Positions 20,478-28,915 of a DNA stretch of 64,000 nt are shown one piece after another (within the stretch, counting starts at the first letter, position 1; each line of letters starts with the position of its first letter). This DNA is from Candidatus Cloacimonadota bacterium (GTDB taxonomy: Bacteria; Cloacimonadota; Cloacimonadia; Cloacimonadales; TCS61). Location: the NCBI GenBank assembly GCA_030600585.1, contig JAUVLU010000008.1, positions 6,431 through 70,430 on the forward strand, written 5' to 3'. Both the position numbers and the translations under genes were made by a program. The notes below the pieces were generated by a model. That model made no database searches and had not been told where the DNA came from. It saw only the letters and a list, made by a program, of their open reading frames with translations.

Positions 20478-21410
20478 ATGAAAATCAAATTAAAATTCAT
20501 CCTAATCCTGTTTGCGCTTATCGTACTATTCAATGCTTTTTATATAATAGATGAAAGACAGCAAGTTATCATCACACAGTTCGGTAAACCGGTAGGTGAT
20601 GCGATTACAGATGCCGGATTGCGCATCAAGATCCCATTTATTCAGAAAGTACATTATTTTGATGAAAGAATACTAGAATGGGATGGTGAAGCAAAACAGA
20701 TACCTACTTCAGATAAGCGATATATCTGGGTCGATACATTCTCACGCTGGCAGATAATTGATCCTTTGAAGTTTTATGAAACTACTCGTTACGAAAGTAA
20801 TGCACACAGCAGACTAGATGACATTACCAGTGGTATAACACGTGACGTTATAAGTTCCTATAAATTACTGGAAATTGTAAGAAGTTCCAATAGAGAAATG
20901 GCCTTTACTTCCGAATATACAGATAGTAAATTGGCAGATGAGATCAAAGAAAAGATCACTAATGGTCGTCAGGCAATTTCTGATTCTATCTTTGTACTAA
21001 CAAAGGTAAAAGTTGCCGAATATGGTATTAATTTGATCGATGTTCGTATAAAAAGATTGAATTATAATCAGGAAGTTCAGTCAAAAGTATTTGAAAGAAT
21101 GATTTCAGAAAGAAACAAGATCGCTGAAAAATACTTGTCAGAAGGAAAGGGAAATTCTTCCGAAATATTGGGTAAAATGCAGAGAGAGTTGGATCAAATT
21201 CAATCTGAGGCATATCAAAAAGCTCAAGAGATCAAAGGTAAAGCAGATGCATTGGCTATCAATATATATGCAAATGCCTATAACAGAGATCCTGAATTCT
21301 ATGAATTCCTGAAAACTTTAGAAACTTATGAGAAAACAATTGATAATAAAAATACTCTCATTATGACTACCGACAGTGATTACTATAAGTTCCTGAAGAA
21401 AATGAAGTAA
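20478..21410 (+). CDS. hflC: SPFH/band-7 protease modulator HflC
   Basis: The ATG at 20478 is preceded by AAGGAGG, while the track start at 20457 is TTG. TM then SPFH domain (IDERQQVIITQFGKP). Confidence 0.8.
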   Translation: MKIKLKFILILFALIVLFNAFYIIDERQQVIITQFGKPVGDAITDAGLRIKIPFIQKVHYFDERILEWDGEAKQIPTSDKRYIWVDTFSRWQIIDPLKFYETTRYESNAHSRLDDITSGITRDVISSYKLLEIVRSSNREMAFTSEYTDSKLADEIKEKITNGRQAISDSIFVLTKVKVAEYGINLIDVRIKRLNYNQEVQSKVFERMISERNKIAEKYLSEGKGNSSEILGKMQRELDQIQSEAYQKAQEIKGKADALAINIYANAYNRDPEFYEFLKTLETYEKTIDNKNTLIMTTDSDYYKFLKKMK

Positions 21411-21869
21411 ATGAACAGTAAATATCCAGATGAATACTGGATGAAGTTCGCAATAGATGAAGCAAGATCGGCACTTCAAGAAAATGAGGTGCCGATCGGT
21501 GCTATATTAGTTAAAAATAACAAACTAATTGCCTCTGCACATAACCGAACAAACGCTGCAAATAACGGATTGGCTCATGCTGAAAAACTTGTTATTGAAG
21601 AAGTGATTGCAAGCGGTGAGAAGTTTTTATATGATTATACTTTGTATGTAACGGTTGAGCCTTGTCTGATGTGTGCCGGCATTATTATCTGGTCACGAGT
21701 TGGAAAGGTTGTTTTTGGTTGTTATGATGAAAAAGCTGGAGCTGCCGGTTCCATTTATAATGCTTTATTAGATAAAAATTTTAATCACAATCCGGAATTA
21801 GTATCTGGTATTTGTGAAGCAGAATGTTCCAAATTAATGAAAGACTTTTTTAGAAACAAAAGAAAGTAA
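21411..21869 (+). CDS. tadA: tRNA adenosine(34) deaminase
   Basis: 152 aa with HAE...PCLMCAG zinc-binding deaminase motifs and typical TadA length. Confidence 0.9.
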   Translation: MNSKYPDEYWMKFAIDEARSALQENEVPIGAILVKNNKLIASAHNRTNAANNGLAHAEKLVIEEVIASGEKFLYDYTLYVTVEPCLMCAGIIIWSRVGKVVFGCYDEKAGAAGSIYNALLDKNFNHNPELVSGICEAECSKLMKDFFRNKRK

Positions 21870-22036
21870 AGTAGCCACCCCAGTTAGTCAATGGGGCAGG
21901 CAGACTGACACTAAAGAACATTTCTTGTTCGCATCCGGCAGTTGCCGGATTGCGGACACAATTGGATTGATAAGTTTAACTTATCAACCAGAATAATGGT
22001 AAAGCGAAAATCAATATGTTAAGTTATTAATTATTT

Positions 22037-22198
22037 ACGGAGAGTCCTGCCGTGTTGCATAACACGGTGCCGGAGCGGTTGAATCCCACACAGTATGCAC
22101 TATGGCTGACGGGACATGTGGGGTGGTCTCGTCCTGATATAGATTAATGAATAATTATTTGCGGAGAGTTGCCGGAGCGGTTGAACGGGGTGGTCTCG
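22037..22198 (+). repeat. 162-bp direct repeat, copy 1: expanded tRNA-Ser 5'-half-like element + spacer + clean tRNA-Ser 5' half
   Basis: Matches 22514-22675 with 5 mismatches and no indels. It ends at ..GGTCTCG, which is anticodon position 35 of the tRNA. Confidence 0.95.
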
Positions 22199-22247
22199 CC
22201 CTGATATGCATCAGGGCGCCATGCCGAATGGCAAGGCGAAAACAAAA

Positions 22248-22502
22248 ATGTATTATGTATATATTTTAAGAATGAAAAATGGTCAACTTTATACAGGATT
22301 TACTTCTGATCTAAAGCGTAGAATGAAAGATCACGAGTATGGAAAGGTAAAGTCTACAAAGTTAAGACGTCCTCTGAAGCTGATACATTATGAAGCTTAT
22401 ATATTAGAAAGTGATGCCCGTAGAAGAGAGAAATTTCTGAAAACATCGGAAGGGAAAAAATTGCTAAAAAAACAAATCAGAGATTTATTACTTACGATAT
22501 AA
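22248..22502 (+). CDS. Small stand-alone GIY-YIG nuclease family protein
   Basis: MYYVYILRMKNGQLYTGFTSDLKRRMKDHEYG carries the GIY-YIG-type motifs (YVYIL ... YTGFT ... R..H) in an ~84-aa protein. Family members normally start at this M, so the upstream ATGs at 22206 and 22221 are probably not used. Confidence 0.8.
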   Translation: MYYVYILRMKNGQLYTGFTSDLKRRMKDHEYGKVKSTKLRRPLKLIHYEAYILESDARRREKFLKTSEGKKLLKKQIRDLLLTI

Positions 22503-22513
22503 TTACATTATTA

Positions 22514-22675
22514 ACGGAGAGTCCTGCTGTGTTACATAACACGGTGCCGGAGCGGTTGAATCCCACACAGTATGCACTATGGCTGGCGGGACATGTGGGG
22601 TGGTCTCGCCCTGATATAGATTAATGAATAATTATTTGCGGAGAGTTGCCGGAGCGGTTGAACGGGGCGGTCTCG
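22514..22675 (+). repeat. 162-bp direct repeat, copy 2 (its last 36 nt are the 5' part of the functional tRNA-Ser)
   Basis: See copy 1. The only difference in the tRNA part is C22668 versus T in copy 1. Confidence 0.95.
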
Positions 22676-22729
22676 AAAACCGTTGTGCTCTTACGGGTAC
22701 CCAGGGTTCGAACCCCTGACTCTCCGCCA
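22640..22729 (+). tRNA. tRNA-Ser (anticodon CGA), class II with long variable arm, CCA encoded
   Basis: Hand fold: acceptor GGAGAGT/ACTCTCC, D stem CCG/CGG with the GAGCGGTTGAA loop, anticodon stem GCGGT/ACCGT, loop CTCGAAA (anticodon CGA), long variable arm, T arm CAGGG-TTCGAAC-CCCTG, discriminator G, CCA. Confidence 0.9.
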
Positions 22730-22891
22730 TGTTTTAGTTAGGAATGAGAAATTAGGAATTACAAATTATCTATCATTAATTAGTAACTAATATATTTTAA
22801 CTTGCCAAACAACAATGTGATAGAAAATATAACATCTGAAACAAGAAAATAACAATAGTTATTAAAAGGATAATAAAATTAGGAGGATATT

Positions 22892-23560
22892 ATGAAAAAA
22901 ATTTTGGGTTTAATTTTCATTCTAACATTGTTCATTACTGGATGTACAGATGAAGGTATATTAAAGATCACTAATTTTACCAACTTTGATGTTTGGTTTG
23001 ATTTAGGTGGCGGTTCACAGACTACACTTACTTTCTTTGGTCAAGTCTATGAAAAAGATTACACCTTGAGTACTTCCATATTTGGTGATGAAGATAAAAG
23101 AGTAACAGTAAACTATGGTGGTGATTTTGTTTTCAGCAATTCTGTTAGTAAAACAATCAAACCCGGCTCAACAGCAAAAATGAATATTAATTCTGATGCC
23201 GGTATTATCCGTATAGAAAATGAAACCTTTTACGATATAACAGAAGTATATTTAGCACCAAGTGATGACCAATATTGGGGGAGCAATGATCTTTATGGAA
23301 CAATTGGATACTGGGAATATGCTGAATGGCTAGTTACACCAGGATATTGGGATGTTATGTTTTATGCTACAGATGGTTATTATTATGAAATCTATGATAT
23401 ATTAATATTGATTCCTGAATCTACTTTTACGATAACATTTGAATATGGTATGGAGGGCTTTAAATTGGACACTCAGAGAAAAGAGCTTAATGCACAAAAT
23501 TGCAGAACAATTACTGAAGATAAATCTGAACAGAAAAAAATTGGAAATATGGAAAAGTAA
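22892..23560 (+). CDS. Hypothetical lipoprotein
   Basis: AGGAGG RBS and signal peptide with lipobox LFITGC. No recognisable catalytic motif. Confidence 0.6.
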   Translation: MKKILGLIFILTLFITGCTDEGILKITNFTNFDVWFDLGGGSQTTLTFFGQVYEKDYTLSTSIFGDEDKRVTVNYGGDFVFSNSVSKTIKPGSTAKMNINSDAGIIRIENETFYDITEVYLAPSDDQYWGSNDLYGTIGYWEYAEWLVTPGYWDVMFYATDGYYYEIYDILILIPESTFTITFEYGMEGFKLDTQRKELNAQNCRTITEDKSEQKKIGNMEK

Positions 23561-23566
23561 ATGAAA

Positions 23567-23597
23567 TGGTGGAGTTTTCTCCACCAATTTTATATTT
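23567..23597. terminator. Hairpin terminator between convergent genes
   Basis: TGGTGGAG-tttt-CTCCACCA followed by aTTTTaTaTTT. Confidence 0.65.
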
Positions 23598-23871
23598 AAT
23601 TCAAATAAACCATCCCCAAAAAGAACTTAGGAACGAGTAAACTAGCAATTAGAAGATAGATTCCTAATCGGTCAGTCAGTAGCCGGAGTAAACAGTTTAG
23701 AATGACAGTGATCTTTATTCTATTTTCTTCCTCTCCTTGCAGGTATGAGTCGGCTTGCGAAGCAAACGATCTCAAGAGGGTCGGGGTGAGGTTTCTTCGT
23801 TTCCAAGACACATTTAGGAACGAGCAAAATGCATATCTGTTTTTCTAATTAGGGATTATGAATTTGGATTT

Positions 23872-25107
23872 TTACCATTTACCTAAAATCTTATTTGAAA
23901 GCAGCAGGTTTATTTCTTCCTGTTTTCTCAGCAGTTCAAATTCCTTATTCATATTTGATATTTTGGAATTCTGGAATTCAATTTTTGAACGGTCAAGATC
24001 GAGCAAACTTATCATTCCATGCTTATATTGTTCCTGAGCCATCTGCAAGTTTTTTTCGGCAAGTTCGAGCTTTTCTGCATACAATTTTTGTGATTGTTTT
24101 ATCGTTTCAAGATCAGAGAGCAGATTTTGTAATTCTATTTTATTGTTCTCTTTTGTAATATCGAGATCCATTTTTATGAGTTTGTGATTTCTTTTGGATT
24201 GAAGATACATCTCTCTTGTTTCCAATAAATTGAAGATATTATAACTTGCGTTTAACGAGAGTGTATTACCGGCTCTATCATAATTTCCAAAATCATAAAT
24301 ATCATTTGGATCGTTGTGCGTTAATGAATATGACAATGAAATAGAAGGCAGAAAATTCATCTTCTGCTGTAACAATATTATCTTACTGGTTTTTAGGGAA
24401 TTCTCTTTTTGTTGGAACGCAAGATTTGTTTTAAATTCAGCATTATCTATTGTAATATCAATTTTTGGAATCGAAAGATCAAATCCTTCATCATTGATAT
24501 TCAGGTAACTGAAAAGAGATTTTCTTTGTTTGCTAAAACTGTTTACTGCTTCATTCACAGCTATTTTATAATCGATCAAAGATATCTTACTCTGCTGTAA
24601 TTCCAAAGCAGATTTATCTCCTGTTTCAAATTGTACTTGCACTTGATCGTTGATCTTTTGCTGAAGAGTTAAATTTTCTTTTTGAATTTCCAGGTTTTTC
24701 TGCGCTTCTAACACAGACAGATATTTGATGAAGACCGTATAGGCGATCAGTTTTCTTTTATTTCCCAAAGAAAGATCTGCATTTTTCTTATTAAAGATAG
24801 AAGTTCTTACATCATAATAGGAAGGTTCGTTCAAACTTATATTTTTACTTAAACTAAAAGTAGCAGTATTATCCCAATTATCATTGGTATCATAATTTTT
24901 TGAACCTCCTGCAGAAATGTTTGCGGAAGGAAGCAGCCGAATCCAACTGCTTCGTAGATCACTTTGTGCATTTAAGTTGTTAACGTTTTCCAGTTTAATG
25001 GAATACGAATTTTCTAAACCAATATTTATCAGTTCATCAAGAGTATATTCCTCTGCAAAAATTAAAATTGGAATAATAATCATTATTAATACTATTGTTC
25101 GTCTCAT
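23872..25107 (-). CDS. TolC-family outer membrane channel protein
   Basis: 411 aa with a signal peptide. Two repeated halves carry coiled-coil heptads and the LDELINIGLENSYSIK-type N-terminus seen in OEP/TolC proteins. Confidence 0.7.
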   Translation of the reverse strand: MRRTIVLIMIIIPILIFAEEYTLDELINIGLENSYSIKLENVNNLNAQSDLRSSWIRLLPSANISAGGSKNYDTNDNWDNTATFSLSKNISLNEPSYYDVRTSIFNKKNADLSLGNKRKLIAYTVFIKYLSVLEAQKNLEIQKENLTLQQKINDQVQVQFETGDKSALELQQSKISLIDYKIAVNEAVNSFSKQRKSLFSYLNINDEGFDLSIPKIDITIDNAEFKTNLAFQQKENSLKTSKIILLQQKMNFLPSISLSYSLTHNDPNDIYDFGNYDRAGNTLSLNASYNIFNLLETREMYLQSKRNHKLIKMDLDITKENNKIELQNLLSDLETIKQSQKLYAEKLELAEKNLQMAQEQYKHGMISLLDLDRSKIEFQNSKISNMNKEFELLRKQEEINLLLSNKILGKW

Positions 25108-25216
25108 TTATAACTCCTTTATTTCTCAAATCTCAAATCGTATATCGAAATTCTGAAATCAATTCTTCCAGCGGCTTCTTATGTTTCACTTAGGAACGAG
25201 TAAAACAAAAATCTAT

Positions 25217-25759
25217 TTATTCACTAAATTTTTCAACTTGATAAATATAGATTTCAACATCTGCATCTTTATAAGCATCTGCGGGCAATCCTGCTTTAGA
25301 TGAACATAAGCTTCGGAGGAAGGTTTCACGATCCCAACCTGTATCGATAGCCACCTGCGGCAGATAAACTCCACTATAAAATCCTTGCTTAATCCAAACA
25401 CCATCAATACCCATACGAATTTTTGTATAATCGAATATTCTTTCCATTGGTGACAATACGGAAATTTCAATTTCAATTTTTTCTAATTCGTCTTTTTGAA
25501 CAGATGGGAAACGAGGATCTTCAAATGCTGCCGCAACAGCCATTTGTATTACGGTTTTATAAAGCGGCATTTGTGCGTGCATGTGTCCGATACAACCCCG
25601 AAGATTTCCATCTTTATGAAGAGTTACAAAAACTGCTCGCTCTTCCATAAAGACAATATTGTCAGGGGTTTTTGAAATAAAATGCTTTTTATGATCTAAA
25701 TAATATTTAATACTTTTTCTAGCCAAATCTAATAATTGAGATTTGTCTTCATCATTCAT
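25217..25759 (-). CDS. AMMECR1 domain protein
   Basis: 180 aa with LRGCIGHM and DPRFP motifs typical of AMMECR1. Confidence 0.8.
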   Translation of the reverse strand: MNDEDKSQLLDLARKSIKYYLDHKKHFISKTPDNIVFMEERAVFVTLHKDGNLRGCIGHMHAQMPLYKTVIQMAVAAAFEDPRFPSVQKDELEKIEIEISVLSPMERIFDYTKIRMGIDGVWIKQGFYSGVYLPQVAIDTGWDRETFLRSLCSSKAGLPADAYKDADVEIYIYQVEKFSE

Positions 25760-25762
25760 AAA

Positions 25763-26083
25763 TTATTTTATTCTTTCTTTTTGGCTGTTAATAAGGATCT
25801 TTCGCATAACGGAAGCATATTGCCTGCGCTCTTTGATTCTAAAATCCCCAACAATAAAAATACTCAAAAGTAGTATTCCAATAACATATCCAGGCAGAAG
25901 TAACCATAATGAGTGAAGATTATTTAAAGTTATTATTGTTTTATAAGCAACATATAGTGTTACGAACATACCGGAAATTAAAAATAGATTATTTAAAATA
26001 ACTTCTAATGAAGCCTTTTTTTGGTCCCATCTCAACATTTTACGCATAAAATCTTTTTCACTTTTATTTAATGGAATAGCCAT
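25763..26083 (-). CDS. Small membrane protein, unknown function
   Basis: AAGGAGAAAAAAATG RBS at the internal Met (MAIPLNK...). Two hydrophobic helices. It sits 3 nt upstream of the AMMECR1 gene. Confidence 0.5.
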   Translation of the reverse strand: MAIPLNKSEKDFMRKMLRWDQKKASLEVILNNLFLISGMFVTLYVAYKTIITLNNLHSLWLLLPGYVIGILLLSIFIVGDFRIKERRQYASVMRKILINSQKERIK

Positions 26084-26621
26084 TTTTTTCTCCTTTATTA
26101 AGATACAAATAAATAATGCTCTCTGCAACATCGGATAACTTTTTTGCCTTTTTTATCATTACATTCCCTCTTTGAATAATTCATGTTATAATCTTGTACA
26201 AAGATTGGATAATAGTTAATAGTGTCAATTATTTTGTGAATTAAATTCATTTTGTTTTTATTAATTATATTTTTAATCCATATGAAAGTCTGTGTGCATT
26301 TAATTGAGGGGAATATTCTTGTATGATTTCATATGTTTTATGAGTATTAAACTTTACATACTACTTTTGATAATTCGTAACTTATGGTATTTAATAATAT
26401 TAAACATCATTAATATCAACCTTATTAGCATAATAATTTCAAAATTGATTATCCTACCTATTCTACTTTATAATAATCTACTTGACAGTAATATTTCCAT
26501 AATTTTATTCTGTACTCGAAAGTATAATAGTAGAAAAGAAAATATTTTAAACGCAGGATTCCAGATATTTATCTGTCTAAATTGTAGAGATGAAAAAATA
26601 TGAATATAGAAGGATGTTTCA

Positions 26622-27194
26622 ATGAATAAATCCGATTTGGTTGTACTCGGATTCCTGAATTGGAAACCAATGTACGGTTATGAAATTATCCAATTTACAA
26701 AAATGAAAGGGCTCGATGTGTGGGCTGGAATTAAAATGCCTTCTATATATAAAGCATTGCAGCGATTGGAAACAAATAAATATATTTTCGGCAAACAAGT
26801 TATGGAAGGGAATAATCCGCCGCGAAAAGTATTTACTATCTCAAAAATTGGAACAAAACATTTTCGGAAGATTCTGATACATTTTCTGGAATCTAAAGGT
26901 GAACAGAATGCTGATTTCTGGATGGCTATCTCTTTTATGGGAAACGGGATAAGTAAAGAATTATTTCTTAATCTTTTAGATAAACAAATAGATAAAACAT
27001 TGATTCACATTAAACATCATAAAGAACATTGTAATATTCCTGAAGATGTATTGAAGAACATTCCTTTTTATATTCAAATATTAATGGAAATGGGAGAAGA
27101 GATGGCTAAAACTCAGAAACGAAACCTGATAAAATTGAAAAACGCAGTTCTCAAACCTGAAAATGAATTTGTATTTCTGGATAGTGAAACATAA
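26622..27194 (+). CDS. PadR-family transcriptional regulator
   Basis: LVVLGFLNWKPMYGYEIIQ winged-helix N-terminus typical of PadR. It lies directly upstream of efflux genes. Confidence 0.8.
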   Translation: MNKSDLVVLGFLNWKPMYGYEIIQFTKMKGLDVWAGIKMPSIYKALQRLETNKYIFGKQVMEGNNPPRKVFTISKIGTKHFRKILIHFLESKGEQNADFWMAISFMGNGISKELFLNLLDKQIDKTLIHIKHHKEHCNIPEDVLKNIPFYIQILMEMGEEMAKTQKRNLIKLKNAVLKPENEFVFLDSET

Positions 27195-27380
27195 TTTATA
27201 AAAGAATATGAAAAAAAAACTGTATACTGTCTTTCCGAAGCTTGTCTGCCGAAGGCACGGCTTCCCGCAAAGGAATACTTACATTTAAGATTCGGAAAGT
27301 TTTAGATTCGTAACCTTCCGAATCTTATAATAAGGAAAACCGGAAGAAAGCTTCGGAAGGTAAATTAAAAAGGAGGAACT

Positions 27381-28730
27381 TTGAGAAAAATAATTTTAAC
27401 TATAATTATTGTTGCATCTTGTTTTGTTTTGAATGCTGAAATTCTTACTTTGAATGATGCAAAAGAAATAGCACTTAAGAACAATCCCGAATATCTATCA
27501 AAAAAATATGCTCTTGAATCTGCAAAATGGAGTGAGATCAGTTCTCTCTCCGGTTTGCTGCCTGCTGCTAGTTTAACAGGTTCTCAAATTCAGATGAAAC
27601 CCGGAATGCCAACTATGATGAATCCAATTCCTGATGATGAAAAGAACACGCGCTCGATTGGATACTCGATAAATCAACCGTTATTTCTCGGTGGTAAACT
27701 CTGGCTTGGTTATAAAATTTCCCACGATACAAAACAGATGTCGGAATATACTCTTGCAGAACAAAAACTGAAAACTATTTCTGCAGTTGAGGAAAAATAT
27801 TTCAATCTTTTGGAAGCTGCAGAAATTCTGGAAATCGCAGAAGAACAGCTTCGTTCTGACGCATTAAATCTGGAAATCGCTGAAACAAGATACAAAATGG
27901 GAACGCTTTCCAATGTCGATCTTCTGAAAATCCAATCCGATAATGCTGCCAAGGAAACCGAACTGATCCAATCAAAAACTTTGTATTCGATCAATTATTC
28001 TGGTCTTAAAAATTATTTGCAATACCACAGTAATTTTGAAGTAGAAGATTTCGATACAACTATTTATAATGAACTAATTAAAAACCTGAACACTTTTGAT
28101 GAAAAACAAATAAATGATCTTATGAATGAATGTTTCCTGATTTCATTAAATGAGAATTTATCTATTAAAACACTTGAAGAAACAAAAAATATAGCAAAGA
28201 AAAGTGTGTTGATGGCAGCGGGGAATTTTCTTCCAACCTTGAATTTAAATTACAGTCAGACTTGGAGCAAATCCTGGAATGATATTCAAAGTGAATCGGA
28301 TTTTGGATATGAAGATTCTAAACAATTAGCATTAACGGCTTCTATCCCGATCTTTCCAATTGCTGATAATTTTGCTGATTATAAAAAAGCAAAATATGAA
28401 AAAAGAAAAACCGATGAGGAATATAAATCCGCAGAAAGTGGTATCAAACTTGATTTGGAAAGCTCTGTTTTGAATCTGATAAGTTCTGCAAAGCAGGTGA
28501 AAGCTTCCGAACTTACTTTGAATTTTACAACCGAATTACATTCTCAAATGAAAGAAAGATTCAAGAACGGAATGGTTTCAACAACCGAAATGCTCGATTC
28601 GGAAGTAATGCTTAAAGGTGCAAGAATTTCCAATATTCAAAGTTTATTCTCATTTATAAAAGCTAAATCAAAATTAATGCTGCTTCTCGGAATGGAAGAA
28701 GAAAACGAATTTTTGAAATTATTAAAATGA
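27381..28730 (+). CDS. TolC-family outer membrane efflux protein
   Basis: 449 aa with TTG start after AGGAGG, a signal peptide and the LTLNDAKEIALKNNPEY start typical of OEP family proteins. Duplicated coiled-coil halves. Confidence 0.8.
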   Translation: MRKIILTIIIVASCFVLNAEILTLNDAKEIALKNNPEYLSKKYALESAKWSEISSLSGLLPAASLTGSQIQMKPGMPTMMNPIPDDEKNTRSIGYSINQPLFLGGKLWLGYKISHDTKQMSEYTLAEQKLKTISAVEEKYFNLLEAAEILEIAEEQLRSDALNLEIAETRYKMGTLSNVDLLKIQSDNAAKETELIQSKTLYSINYSGLKNYLQYHSNFEVEDFDTTIYNELIKNLNTFDEKQINDLMNECFLISLNENLSIKTLEETKNIAKKSVLMAAGNFLPTLNLNYSQTWSKSWNDIQSESDFGYEDSKQLALTASIPIFPIADNFADYKKAKYEKRKTDEEYKSAESGIKLDLESSVLNLISSAKQVKASELTLNFTTELHSQMKERFKNGMVSTTEMLDSEVMLKGARISNIQSLFSFIKAKSKLMLLLGMEEENEFLKLLK

Positions 28731-28832
28731 AGTTTTACAAAATGATAAATGGTTGTCTTTCTGAGGAAATCTTCGAAGAATATTCTCACGAAGAATCTCA
28801 TTATAAGCAGAGATCCTTCCAAAGAATAACGT

Positions 28833-28852
28833 ATCCCGAAAGCTTTCGGGAT
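28833..28852. repeat. 20-bp perfect palindrome ATCCCGAAAGCTTTCGGGAT in the tolC-mfp spacer
   Basis: Read directly. It belongs to the CCGAA/TTCGG palindromes also seen at 580-632, 27230-27360 and 34357-34420. Confidence 0.8.
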
Positions 28853-28915
28853 CAGGATGACAAAAATACTATATTTTGTGGAACTCATAATTATTAAAAT
28901 AAATTAGGAGGAAAA

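Larger units (their letters stand above)
22199..22675 (+). mobile_element. Candidate 477-bp insertion unit (hairpin + GIY-YIG gene + replacement tRNA 5' part)
   Basis: This is the segment between equivalent points of the two 162-bp repeats. It starts with CCCTGATAT, the string that follows every truncated tRNA half. Interpretation is inferred. Confidence 0.4.

Noticed and set aside
21870-22036. Possible small ncRNA (SRP/6S-like) between tadA and the tRNA locus
   Set aside because: Only short hairpins are present (CCCCA..TGGGG, ATCCGGCA..TGCCGGAT, GATAAGT-tta-ACTTATC), together with a CCAGAATAATGGTAAAG tail shared with 41695-41712. There are no conserved SRP, 6S, tmRNA or RNase P motifs that I can recognise.
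22206-22247. Longer start for the GIY-YIG ORF (track start 22206, MHQGAMPNGKAKTK..)
   Set aside because: The extension overlaps the junction hairpin. GIY-YIG family proteins of this size normally begin right at the M-x-Y-V-Y-I-L strand, so ATG 22248 is preferred. This is not proven.
22163-22729. Group I intron (with GIY-YIG homing endonuclease) interrupting the tRNA-Ser anticodon loop
   Set aside because: The downstream copy of the 5' half (22640-22675) is contiguous with the 3' half and folds into a complete tRNA. No splicing is therefore needed. I also could not recognise group I core elements (P3-P8) by eye. I report it instead as a duplication/insertion architecture.
23596-23811. Track ORF (71 aa, minus strand) in the convergent spacer
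   Set aside because: It has no RBS, lies between two convergent gene ends, spans repeat motifs, and its composition is atypical for coding sequence here.
26304-26603. Track ORF (99 aa, plus strand) upstream of padR
   Set aside because: The region is extremely AT-rich and the translation is Ile/Leu/Asn-dominated with no RBS. It is more likely the promoter/operator region of padR and the divergent membrane-protein gene.
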